Assembly (NCBI GenBank): GCA_965208105.1 | Contig: OZ242318.1 | Location: forward strand, 3,616,001 to 3,680,000 | Reading direction: 5' to 3' | DNA from: Candidatus Latescibacterota bacterium | Lineage (GTDB): Bacteria; Latescibacterota; UBA2968; UBA8231 | Length of the DNA stretch: 64,000 nt | Shown: positions 37,721-47,051 of the stretch, in pieces | How positions within the stretch are numbered: the stretch's first letter is position 1 | Layout of the letters: each line of letters begins with the position of its first letter | Program-made: the position numbers and the translations under genes | The notes under the pieces: model-generated | Seen by the model: only the letters and a program-made list of their open reading frames with translations | Databases searched by the model: none | What the model was told of the DNA's origin: nothing

Positions 37721-38794
37721 TCAGGCCCTCACCAGGATCCTGCCCGGGTCTTCCGCCGCCGCCGCGCCGACGATGGCGGCGTCGGGGACGCCATAGCGGT
37801 GCAGCGACTCGAGCAGGAGATCGGCCTTTCGGGGAGCCACGGCGACGAGCAGCCCGCCCGAGGTCTGGGCGTCGAACATCGCGTTGGCGCGCGCCGGGGG
37901 GACCGGGGCGGCGACGGTGACGAGCTCCTGCAGGTAGTCCTGGTTGTCCCTGGAGCCCCCCGTCAGCGGACCTTTCGCGCCCAGCTCCAGTGCCAGCTCC
38001 ATGGCGGGCACCTGGAGCGCGTCGAAGACCAGGGAGACCTTGCTGGCCGCAGCCATCTCGCTGGCGTGGCCGAGGAGGCCGAACCCGGTGATGTCGGTGC
38101 AGGCGTTCACCCCGATGGCCTGGGCCTGCTCCGCCGCCGCAGCGTTGAGGGCGCTCATGGAGGCCACCGCTTCCTCCATGTCGTCTTCGCCGATGGCGCC
38201 GGCCTTGAAGGCGTTGGCGATGAGGCCGGTGCCCAGCTTCTTGGTGAGGACGAGGCGGTCGCCGGGGCGGGCGCCGGCGTTGGTGAGGACGGCGTCGGGG
38301 TGGACCAGGCCGGTGGCGGCAAGGCCGTACTTGAGCTCCGGGTCCTGGACCGTGTGGCCGCCGAGGAGGACCGCTCCGGCTTCCTCCACCTTGGAGTGGC
38401 CGCCGCGCAAGATCTGGTTGAGGACCTCGGGCTCCAGTTCATCGTTGGGAAAGCCGGCGATGTTGAGCGCGGTCAGGGGCCGCCCGCCCATGGCGTAGAT
38501 GTCGCTGAGGGAGTTCGCCGCGGCGATGGCGCCGAAGACGAAGGGATCGTCGACGATGGGGGTGAAGAAGTCCACCGTCTGGACCAGGGCCTGGTTGGGG
38601 CCGATGCGGTAGACCCCGCCGTCGTCGGCGAGGCCGTAGCCGACCAGCAGGTCGGGATCTGTATTCTCCGGCAACCCGGCCAGGACCCGCCCCAGTTCCC
38701 CGGGGCTGAGCTTGGATGCTCAGCCGCCGCAGGCGACCATCTGGGTGAGGCGCTTGCTGTGCTTGTGGGTGAAGGACTTTCTGATCTGGTCCAT
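37721..38794 (-). CDS. selD: Selenide, water dikinase SelD, selenoprotein form (in-frame UGA at 38720-38722)
   Basis: MDQIRKSFTHKHSKRLTQMVACGG-U-ASKLSPG reads in frame into DDGGVY, QTVDFFTPIVDDP, GGHT, TDITGFGLLGH, DAQTSGGLL. Confidence 0.93.
38689..38706 (-). promoter_or_regulatory. Candidate bacterial SECIS element of selD
   Basis: mRNA hairpin GCCCCGG-GGAA-CUGGGGC starting 13 nt after the UGA. Confidence 0.7.
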
Positions 38795-38802
38795 GAACCC
38801 CA

Positions 38803-38830
38803 AAGATAATTGCGCGCGGGCGTGCGTCAA
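38803..38830 (-). promoter_or_regulatory. sigma70-type promoter of selD
   Basis: TTGACG, 16 bp, TATCTT; ends 8 nt before the ATG. Confidence 0.5.
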
Positions 38831-38849
38831 CGCGGCCGGGCCCGGCAGG

Positions 38850-38878
38850 TTGACATGGGAAATGGGGCCGGGTACAAT
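38850..38878 (+). promoter_or_regulatory. Near-consensus sigma70 promoter
   Basis: TTGACA (38850-38855), 17 bp, TACAAT (38873-38878). Confidence 0.8.
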
Positions 38879-38936
38879 TACCGAACGCAAATGACCGGGC
38901 ATCGAACGCGACACCTGCAACAGGAAGGAGCTTTTC

Positions 38937-39962
38937 ATGGCATTGCGAATCGGCATCGTGGGGGCCGGCGCCAATACTCGCAGCCGCCACATTCCCGGGT
39001 TTCAGAAGATCGACGGGGTCGAGGTGGTGGCGGTGTGCAACCGCTCGCGGCAATCGGCGCAGAAGGTGGCCGACGAGTTCGGCATCGGGCGGGTCTTCGA
39101 TGATTGGAAGGAGCTGGTCAACAGCGACGGGGTCGACGCGGTGTGCGTGGGGACCTGGCCCTACATGCACTGTCCCATCACCCTGGAGACCCTGAAGGCG
39201 GGCAAGCACATTCTCACCGAGGCGCGCATGGCCATGAACCTGGAGGAAGCGCGCCGGATGTACGCGGCCTCGGAGCAGAGCGACCGGGTGGCCATGATCG
39301 TGCCCGCTCCCATGTGGCTGGAGTACGAGGCCACTATCCTGGAGATGGTGGCCGGGGAGGTTTTCGGCGATTTCCTGGAGATAAACGTCAACGCCCTCAC
39401 CGGAGGCTACGATCCGCAGGCGCCGCTGCACTGGCGCCAGCGCCGCGACCTCTCCGGGTTGAACATCATGAGCATGGGGATCTTCAACGAGACGGTGCGG
39501 CGCTATGCCGGCCACGAGAAGGCGGTGACCGCCCGCGGCAGGACTATCACCACGGAACGGGTGGACCCCGAGACCGGCGCCCGCGCCCGCGCCGACGTGC
39601 CCGAGAGTCTGGCGATCATCGCCGAGCTGGAGAGCGGCGCCACCGCCGTCTACCACATCAGCAGCGTGGCCCGCCTGGGGATCGGCGACTCCATCGAGAT
39701 GCACGGCACCAGGGGGGGATTCAAGCTCGAAGGGGAATCCGCCTGGGTGGCGGAGGCCGGCGACGACTCCTGGCGCGCGCTGGAGGTCCCCGAGGAGAAG
39801 CGGGGGGGATGGCGCGTGGAGGAGGAGTTCGCCGAGGCCGTCCTCGAGGGCAAGCCCGTGACCCACACCAGTTTCGCCGACGGGATAAAGTACATGGAGT
39901 TCACCGAGGCGGTGAACCTGAGCATGGCCACCGGCGGCCGGGTGGAGCTTCCGCTGGACTAG
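38937..39962 (+). CDS. Gfo/Idh/MocA-family oxidoreductase
   Basis: RIGIVGAG, AVCVGTWPYMH, GKHILTEARMA. Confidence 0.88.
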   Translation: MALRIGIVGAGANTRSRHIPGFQKIDGVEVVAVCNRSRQSAQKVADEFGIGRVFDDWKELVNSDGVDAVCVGTWPYMHCPITLETLKAGKHILTEARMAMNLEEARRMYAASEQSDRVAMIVPAPMWLEYEATILEMVAGEVFGDFLEINVNALTGGYDPQAPLHWRQRRDLSGLNIMSMGIFNETVRRYAGHEKAVTARGRTITTERVDPETGARARADVPESLAIIAELESGATAVYHISSVARLGIGDSIEMHGTRGGFKLEGESAWVAEAGDDSWRALEVPEEKRGGWRVEEEFAEAVLEGKPVTHTSFADGIKYMEFTEAVNLSMATGGRVELPLD

Positions 39963-40065
39963 GGTATGGCTGCGGCGGCAGCCGGGTTCACGCGGAATCG
40001 TGCAAGCAGGCACCAGGCCGCCGCCTGGCCGACGGAATGGCGTTCAAGTTGAATTTGGAAGGTCT

Positions 40066-40905
40066 TCAACGGGAGATGCCGGCCCGAGCGAAGGCCCGAT
40101 CCAGGGTCTGGAAGGTCAGCGCCGCGGCGGCCAGCGGGTCGTACCCGGGGCGTTGCTGCACCATCATGCTCACCTCCGCGGTGATGTACCCTTCGTACCC
40201 CGCCTTTCCCATCTCCTCGAGAAAGCTGACAAAGTCGAAGGGGCCCTCCCCCGGGATGAGAAACTCGTGGCCGGGAGCGCGTCCGCGCTGGTCCTTGACG
40301 TGGGTGTGAGCCGAGTGCGGGGCCAGGGCGGCGACGGTCTCCGCCACGGGCAGGCCGAGGACGTCGAAGTGGCTGATGTCGAAGTTGAGCTTGAGGTAGG
40401 GTGAGTCGATGCGGCGCAGCAGCCACAGGGCCTTGGAGGGCAGGTCGAGGGCCGAGCCCACGTGGGGTTCGACGGCGATGGTGACCCCGCGCCCGGCGCC
40501 GTAGTCCACCAGTTCCCCGAGGCGCTCCAGAACGAAGTCTTCGCTTCCGTCCCAGTCTGGCGGCCTTCCTCCCAGGGTGGTGTCCAGGACGGGGACTCCC
40601 CCGCCGCGGCCCCAGTCCGCACACAACTCCACGGTCCCGCGCAGGCGCCGCCAGTTCTCGGCGTGCAGCCCGGGGTCCCTCTCGAGCAGGGAGCGATGGC
40701 CGGCCACCGCCGGCATGTCGAGGCTGTGGTGGTCGAAGAGCCGGCGAATGCGGTGCCGCTCGCCCGGGTCGAGAGTGTCCAGCTCGGTGGTGTAGCCCGG
40801 GATGACGGTGGGCTCGACCCCGGTGAAGCCGAGCCGGGCAAGGTGCTCCAGGGCCGCGTCGATTGGAAGGTCGGGCATGCCCCAGGTGGTGTAGCCGATC
40901 TTCAT
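40066..40905 (-). CDS. Sugar phosphate isomerase/epimerase (xylose isomerase-like TIM barrel)
   Basis: GFTGVE, AVEPH, NFDISH, HTHVKD, PGEG, ITAEV. Confidence 0.87.
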   Translation of the reverse strand: MKIGYTTWGMPDLPIDAALEHLARLGFTGVEPTVIPGYTTELDTLDPGERHRIRRLFDHHSLDMPAVAGHRSLLERDPGLHAENWRRLRGTVELCADWGRGGGVPVLDTTLGGRPPDWDGSEDFVLERLGELVDYGAGRGVTIAVEPHVGSALDLPSKALWLLRRIDSPYLKLNFDISHFDVLGLPVAETVAALAPHSAHTHVKDQRGRAPGHEFLIPGEGPFDFVSFLEEMGKAGYEGYITAEVSMMVQQRPGYDPLAAAALTFQTLDRAFARAGISR

Positions 40906-42386
40906 CAAAGGATGCGCTGGTCGATGTTGACCGGCACCATGTCGTGGACCTGGCTGTCCTGCAGGGCGGTGGGTGACTGCATCTCCAGCACCGCCTGGCG
41001 GTGCAGCTCGTCGATGCTGCGGCAGCCGGTGGTGGCCAGGGTGGCGCTGAGGATCTGCAGCACCACCGGCAGCTTCTCGTAGATGGAGCCCATGTGGGGC
41101 ACGTAGCCGGTGATGCCTTCCTCGAAGAAGAGGTTCTTAAGCTGGGCGTAGCGGCGGAAGTTGCGCGCCCTGGCGCTGCCTTCCATCCAGTACTCCTTGA
41201 CGATCTCCCCGGCGGCGTTGCGCACCAGGTTGCCCTCGCTCTCGGTGTAGCGCGCGAAGAAGTTGCCCAGCATCAGGGCATCGGCGCCGAGGGCCAGGGC
41301 GACGGACATCTCGGCCGGACTGCTGATGCCGCCGTCGGCGATCAGGGGGACGTAGCGGTCCTCGCTGCCGGCCAGCTCGTCCCGCGCCCTGCCGATCTCC
41401 AGCAGGGCGGTGGCCTGGCCGCGGCCGGTGGACTTGATCTCCTGGGTGGTGCAGCCTGACCCGATGCCCATGCCCACCTTGACCGCGTCGGCCCCGGCCT
41501 CGACCAGGAATCGGAAGCCGGCCGCCGTGACCACGTTGCCTCCCACCACCGGCACCGGGAAGTTCCCCTTGATCCACTCCAGCATCTGGCCCTGGAACTC
41601 GGTATGCCCGTCGGAGGCGTCGATGACCAGGGCGTCCACCTCGCACTCCACCAGGGCGCGGACGCGGTCGCGGTCCTCCGGGTGGGTGGATACGGCCGCC
41701 CCCACCAGCAGGCGCTTCTGGGCGTCGATGGACTCGTTGGGGTGCATGAGATGCTTGTCCAGGTCCTTCTTGAAGACCACCGACTGCAGGACGCCGTCGG
41801 CGGAGACGATGGGCAGGACGCCGCGGCCGAATTTGATCATCAGCTCGTTGGCTTCCTTGAGATCGCCCAGGTCCACCCCGGTCTGAACGTCGGTCTTCAT
41901 GCGCTCGCGCACCTTGCGCTCCTGGTCGCGGCGCACGTCGAAGTCCTTGTCGGTGATGATCCCCAGCAGCTTGCCCTGGAAGCGGCCGCTGTCGGTCACC
42001 GGGAAGGTGGTGTATCCGGTCTCGTCGATGATTCGGGTGACGGCGCCGATGGTCTGTTCCGGGGCAACGGTCTTGATGTTGGTCTGAAAGCCGGCCTTGA
42101 AGCGCTTGACTCGGTGGATCTTGGCGCACTGTTCCTCGATGGTCTGGCTCACCGGCAGAATGCCGATGCCGCCAAGCTGCGCCGCGGCAACGGCCATTTC
42201 GGTGCCGGTGACGGCCTGCATGGCGGCGCTGACGAAAGGGGTGTGGAGGCGGATGAAGCCTGCGCCCGAGCGGCACAGCCGGGTCTCGAGGGAGACGTTG
42301 GGAGCGCTGCCGTCGGCGGCGGTGTGGCCCGGCAGGATGCGGAATTCCTTGAGGCTGTGGGAAGGCTGGTCCAGTACCTTGGGCAT
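40905..42386 (-). CDS. guaB: IMP dehydrogenase with CBS domains
   Basis: [40 protein letters not shown]. Confidence 0.9.
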   Translation of the reverse strand: MPKVLDQPSHSLKEFRILPGHTAADGSAPNVSLETRLCRSGAGFIRLHTPFVSAAMQAVTGTEMAVAAAQLGGIGILPVSQTIEEQCAKIHRVKRFKAGFQTNIKTVAPEQTIGAVTRIIDETGYTTFPVTDSGRFQGKLLGIITDKDFDVRRDQERKVRERMKTDVQTGVDLGDLKEANELMIKFGRGVLPIVSADGVLQSVVFKKDLDKHLMHPNESIDAQKRLLVGAAVSTHPEDRDRVRALVECEVDALVIDASDGHTEFQGQMLEWIKGNFPVPVVGGNVVTAAGFRFLVEAGADAVKVGMGIGSGCTTQEIKSTGRGQATALLEIGRARDELAGSEDRYVPLIADGGISSPAEMSVALALGADALMLGNFFARYTESEGNLVRNAAGEIVKEYWMEGSARARNFRRYAQLKNLFFEEGITGYVPHMGSIYEKLPVVLQILSATLATTGCRSIDELHRQAVLEMQSPTALQDSQVHDMVPVNIDQRIL

Positions 42387-42602
42387 GGGGGCGTCACCTT
42401 GAGGGTTGGGTGCTGCGAGGAAGGATTGGAACAGGTCCGGAATGGTCAGAAAATAGACAGCAGGGAGAATAAATTCAAATTAAAGGGGATATTTTCGTAT
42501 ATTCGGTAGTCGACCTGAATAGGTCCGGTGCGGCGCCCCGGAAAACTCCGGGAAGGCGCCGCCCTACGGGAAAGATTCGCTGGAAGGAAAAGGAGGTTGG
42601 GC

Positions 42603-42917
42603 ATGTTGTCCAAGAAGCAGATAAGGGATACCCTCAGGGAAGGCCTGACCGACGTGGCGGAACGCGGACGGATCCTGGGTCAGGCGCTCAAGGTGCGCGC
42701 CGACATAGCGTTGACGCGGCGGCGTCTGCGCACGGCCTACGCCGCCCTGGGTGAAGAGGTCTACACCAGGATGGAGGCGGGCAAAAGCCTGGGCGGCGAC
42801 AAGCTGGCTGAGTTCCAGAAGCGCATCGAAGGGCTCAAGGCCGAGCTCAAGACCCAGGAGGCCGAGCTGCAGGCCGTCATGCATCCGCGCGAGGCGGTGG
42901 TGGAGGAAGAGAAATGA
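42603..42917 (+). CDS. Hypothetical coiled-coil protein (~104 aa)
   Basis: AGGAGG RBS before ATG 42603; helical charged sequence with YAALGEEVY. Confidence 0.7.
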   Translation: MLSKKQIRDTLREGLTDVAERGRILGQALKVRADIALTRRRLRTAYAALGEEVYTRMEAGKSLGGDKLAEFQKRIEGLKAELKTQEAELQAVMHPREAVVEEEK

Positions 42918-43006
42918 CCCGTTTGACGCTGGGCATTTTCATCGGGTTCATGGCCGGCATCTGGCTGTGCAGCCTCCTTCTGGACGAAGGGGGCGAGAAG
43001 CCTTGA
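42914..43006 (+). CDS. Small single-TM peptide (30 aa), not in the ORF track
   Basis: MTRLTLGIFIGFMAGIWLCSLLLDEGGEKP; ATGA overlap upstream, TTGA overlap downstream, GGAGG upstream. Confidence 0.6.
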   Translation: MTRLTLGIFIGFMAGIWLCSLLLDEGGEKP

Positions 43007-43995
43007 CCATTCGCACAATTCACCTGGGCGTGGGAGGCCGGGGCCGCTGGCCCCTGAACTCCACTCGAGACCGCCTAGACTTCGAGGCCGCGGCCCTGGT
43101 GGACGTGAGCGCCGAAAACCTTGCCGAGGCGCGGCAGACTTCTGGCCTCGGCGAGGAGGCCTGCTTCTCCTCCCTGTCCGAGGCGTTGAAGAAGGTGGAG
43201 GCGGACGCGGTGGTGGTCATCACGCCCCCCGACCTCCACGCCGGCCAGTGCCTGGAGGCGGTCCGCGCCGGCAAGCACGTGCTGGTGGAGAAGCCCTTCA
43301 CCAAAAACCTGGGCGAGGCGCGCCTCATAGTCTCGGAAGCGGAGGCGCGCGGCCTCAAGGTGGCCGTCGCCCAGAATGCGCGCTACTACCCGCCGCTCCT
43401 CACCCTGCGCCGCTTGCTGCGCAGCGGCGATCTCGGCAAGCCCTGCTTCGGCCAGATGGCCAAGTACGGCTGGCGGCCCCGGGTGCACCACTCGGGGACG
43501 GACCGCCACGCCTATTTGTGGGAGCGCGGCATCCACGACTTCGACCAGCTCCGCCACCTCCTCGACGCCGAGCCCAGGCGCCTCTTCTGCCACAGCTTCA
43601 ACCCGCCGTGGAGCCCCTACAAGGGCGGCGGCGCCATCCATGGGTGGATTGAGTTCGACGACGGCACCACCTTCTCATTCCAGTGCACCTTCGCCACCCA
43701 CAAGGGCGGGTCGATCCTGCGTCTGGACTGCGAGAGGGGTTCGGTGGAGGTGGCCTCGGGAGGGTTGGTGGTCCGCCGCCCCGGGGCCGACGCCGACGAG
43801 ACCGTGCCGCTGGACGAAGGCCCCGAACCCGAGGAGACCCTGCTCGACGGCTTCCGCGACTACGTGGTGGTGGGTGTCGAGCCTCCCTTCTCGGGCCCCC
43901 GCAACCTGGCCACGGTCGGGCTGATCAACGCCCTCGGCGACTCGTCGGAGCAGGGCGCGGTGCTCGACTTCGACGACTACATGTCCACCCACTGA
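43003..43995 (+). CDS. Gfo/Idh/MocA-family oxidoreductase
   Basis: TTG start; HLGVGGRG, VITPPDLH, GKHVLVEKP, VAQNARY, IHDFD. Confidence 0.87.
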   Translation: MTIRTIHLGVGGRGRWPLNSTRDRLDFEAAALVDVSAENLAEARQTSGLGEEACFSSLSEALKKVEADAVVVITPPDLHAGQCLEAVRAGKHVLVEKPFTKNLGEARLIVSEAEARGLKVAVAQNARYYPPLLTLRRLLRSGDLGKPCFGQMAKYGWRPRVHHSGTDRHAYLWERGIHDFDQLRHLLDAEPRRLFCHSFNPPWSPYKGGGAIHGWIEFDDGTTFSFQCTFATHKGGSILRLDCERGSVEVASGGLVVRRPGADADETVPLDEGPEPEETLLDGFRDYVVVGVEPPFSGPRNLATVGLINALGDSSEQGAVLDFDDYMSTH

Positions 43996-44064
43996 GGGGC
44001 CCGCCCCGCCTCCGTGTCCATCCACCAATTTCCGGGGCCCACCGGCAGTCATTTAGGCATTTCC

Positions 44065-46941
44065 ATGGTGCCTCTCCAATCCGTCTGCCGCTTCCTGCGG
44101 CCGGGCCCCCGCTCCTTCGGACTCGACCTGGGGCTGGCGCTGGTCCTCCTCTGCCTCTGGCTGGCCCTCTCCGGCTTCGAGCCCCTCGTTGCGGCGGCGA
44201 CCGACCAGCTTCGCCTGGCGGTGAGGGCAGGGTCCTACCGCCCGCAGCTACCCCTGTTCCCGGCGGCCGTCGCCGCCGCGGGGCTGGTTCTGGCCTGGCT
44301 GCGCCACCGCTGCGGCGGGAGTCCCCAACTCCAGGAGCGCCTGCAACGGGCGACGCTGCTGACCGCCGCCTTGCTGGCCCTGCGCCTTCTCGCCCTCTGG
44401 GACGCGCCGGTCTATCTCTTCCCCTTCCTGACTCTGCTGTGGTCGCCCCACGCATTGTGGGCGGTGGCCCTGATCTTTCTGGGCTATGTCCACCTGCCGC
44501 CTGCCGGCTGTCGGGGGGCCTTTCCCATCCGGTGCGCGGCGGCAGGCCTTCTGATACTGTTCCTGCCGCTCTACCTCCTGTACGCCCTCTATTTCTGCCA
44601 GATCACCATGCTCCACGGCGACGAAAGCCACTACCTGAGGGTCACCCAGAGCCTGCTCCACGACGGCGACATGGACCTGGCCAACAACCTGGAGGAAGGA
44701 TATACCGACGAGTTCCACGTCACCGAGTTCGCGGTCCACAAAGCACCGGCCTCCCCCGAGGGCAAGGTCCACTCGGTGCATCCCATCGGTCTCTCCGTAG
44801 CTCTGGTGCCGGCCTACTGGTGGGGGCTGGAGCGCTGGGAGAACCCGCGCCTGGCCGCGGCCCTGCTCATGGCGCTGTGGGCCAGTCTCTGCGTCCCTCT
44901 GTTCTTTCTCTATCTGACGCGACTGGGCGCCGAGCCCTGGGCCGCCCTTCTGGCCACCGCCGTCATGGCCCTCACCGGGCCCTTTTTCAACTACACCAAC
45001 CAGCTCTATCCCGAGGTTCCGGCCCTGCTCATCGTCCTGGTCGCTCTGGTGCCCCTCGCCCACTGGCAGCTGCCGGGAGGCTCCTACCGCTCATGGGGAC
45101 GCTGGGAGGTGAAGCGCCTCGGCAGCCTGACCTTGTTGCTGGGCTGTCTGCCCTTCCTCCATCCGCGCTACGTTCCCCTGGCCCTGCTCTGCGGCGCGGT
45201 CGTGCTGCTGCAGGCCTGGCACGGACCGCGCCGCCGCCTCGCCCTTGCCGTCGTCGGCCTCGCCGCCGCCGCCGCCCTCTGGGCCCACCTCGCCTTCAAC
45301 TTCGCCTTCAGCGGGGACTGGATGGGGCCGTTCCGCCCGGGCAACGCCTGGGACGAAGGCGCGCTCGACCTGTCCACCTGGGGCATCTCCCTCCCGGGCC
45401 ACTGGCTGCAGGCGAGCAAGGGCATCCTCAACAATTCCCCCATCTACTTCATCGCCTTCTTGGGCCTTTTGGCCCTGGCGCGCCGGGGCGACCGTCGCGC
45501 CCTGGTCGCCGCTGGAATCTACGCAGCCACCGCCGCGGTCAACGGCCTGCACCCCATCTGGGAGTTCGGTTTCGGCCTTCCGGCCCGCTTTTTGGTGACC
45601 GCGCTGCCGGTGCTGGGGCTGGGGCTGGCCTGGGGTCTGCCGCTGCTGCTGCGCTCGGCCGCCACCGCCTTCCTTGCGGCACTGGCCCTGGCGGTCAGCA
45701 TGGAGGGCGTGTTCGACACCGTTAGACTGACCGAGAATAGTTTCAAGGATCACAGCCTGCTCGCCCGTTCCATCAACCACTTCTATCCGCTGCACCAGCA
45801 CTTCTTCGCGCCGGGCAGGGACGATATTCCGCTGCTCGACATGGCCTTCTGGGGGCTGCTGACGGCCTCCCTGTTTTTGCGTCCCCGCCATCCCGGTCGG
45901 CGCTGGGCCATCATCGCCGCGGCGGCCCTGGCGCCCTTCCTGTGGAGCCGGAGTGAAGAACTCGGCGCCCGGCTGTCGAAGAGCCTGTCGCCCTACATGG
46001 CCCGCTTGTCATCCATAGAAACCGGCACCGGGATCGCGCCTGTGCCGTTCAACGTCTCCCTCCGCATGACGGAGGCGGCTCGAGTCGACGGCCGCCTCCG
46101 GGCCCGGCCTGGAGCGGCCTCGAGCGGGCTGGTCAACTTTTCGGTTATGAGCATCCCGGTTCTGGGTGCTCCCCACCCTGGAGTCTACCGGCTGTCCTTC
46201 CCGGGCCTGCGGGTCGAGCCGCCCGCCGGCCAGGTTTCGGGCCATCTGATTATTTTATCCCGCTACACGGTACAGGTGGTGAGCCCGTGGAACTCACGCT
46301 CCAGCTATCCTCTGATCGGCGGAAAGGTCAGGGGCGATTACTCGATAACCTTCGCGGTGCAAGAGCCGGCCATTTACTATGTCTACACCGACTTTTCGGG
46401 ACACGGCGAGCTGGATCTCGATGGGATCCAGGGTAGCTTTCTTCCCTTGCGGATCGAACCGCAACTGACCGAGATGCGCCATTTTGAGCACCATTGGCAG
46501 GGGCGTCCCCTGAAAGCCGCGGTCGTTTTTACCGGATTGGATCCAGGCCTGTACCGGGTCCGCTTCGACCTGGAGGGATCCACCTTCGCCCGCTTTTTCG
46601 AGCGCCTCCCTGCCCCGATCAGGACCGCGGCCTACTCCACCGGCCCCGACTCAGGAGATGGTTTCAAGGAAACGGCCAACCTCTGGTTCGGCCTCAAACC
46701 CCGTGGATGGTCGACGGTAAACAGCCCCGACTACCGCCGGCCCCTGCAGGAAGGCATCCACCCGCCCTGGTGGCTTTCCATTCCAGGCGCCGGCCACCGG
46801 GCCAGCCAGTTGCGCTTCGTCCTTCCCGAGCCCGGGGACGTGGGCGTCCTGCTGCACTACGACGGTCCCGTCGACCTGCAACTGAATCGGGTCGTCCTGT
46901 ACCGGGAAACCTATGACCGCCGGGACGGCCCCCGTCGCTGA
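44065..46941 (+). CDS. Large multipass membrane protein, GT-C-like, with soluble C-terminal domains
   Basis: GDESHYL..SLLHDGDMDLAN, HPIG, YPEVP, PARFL motifs; many TM helices. Confidence 0.65.
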   Translation: MVPLQSVCRFLRPGPRSFGLDLGLALVLLCLWLALSGFEPLVAAATDQLRLAVRAGSYRPQLPLFPAAVAAAGLVLAWLRHRCGGSPQLQERLQRATLLTAALLALRLLALWDAPVYLFPFLTLLWSPHALWAVALIFLGYVHLPPAGCRGAFPIRCAAAGLLILFLPLYLLYALYFCQITMLHGDESHYLRVTQSLLHDGDMDLANNLEEGYTDEFHVTEFAVHKAPASPEGKVHSVHPIGLSVALVPAYWWGLERWENPRLAAALLMALWASLCVPLFFLYLTRLGAEPWAALLATAVMALTGPFFNYTNQLYPEVPALLIVLVALVPLAHWQLPGGSYRSWGRWEVKRLGSLTLLLGCLPFLHPRYVPLALLCGAVVLLQAWHGPRRRLALAVVGLAAAAALWAHLAFNFAFSGDWMGPFRPGNAWDEGALDLSTWGISLPGHWLQASKGILNNSPIYFIAFLGLLALARRGDRRALVAAGIYAATAAVNGLHPIWEFGFGLPARFLVTALPVLGLGLAWGLPLLLRSAATAFLAALALAVSMEGVFDTVRLTENSFKDHSLLARSINHFYPLHQHFFAPGRDDIPLLDMAFWGLLTASLFLRPRHPGRRWAIIAAAALAPFLWSRSEELGARLSKSLSPYMARLSSIETGTGIAPVPFNVSLRMTEAARVDGRLRARPGAASSGLVNFSVMSIPVLGAPHPGVYRLSFPGLRVEPPAGQVSGHLIILSRYTVQVVSPWNSRSSYPLIGGKVRGDYSITFAVQEPAIYYVYTDFSGHGELDLDGIQGSFLPLRIEPQLTEMRHFEHHWQGRPLKAAVVFTGLDPGLYRVRFDLEGSTFARFFERLPAPIRTAAYSTGPDSGDGFKETANLWFGLKPRGWSTVNSPDYRRPLQEGIHPPWWLSIPGAGHRASQLRFVLPEPGDVGVLLHYDGPVDLQLNRVVLYRETYDRRDGPRR

Positions 46942-47051
46942 CCGCGCGATGGGGAGGGGGGATTTCCTGGATCGAAGCGCATCTTTGGGCGGTCGTTGCG
47001 GTTGGATGGAGGGGTACAGGCGCGGGACGGCCAAGGCTTTCCGACCGGGTG

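Noticed and set aside
38720-38722. selD as a pseudogene with a premature stop
   Set aside because: The UGA is exactly at the catalytic Cys/Sec position and is followed by a SECIS-like hairpin.
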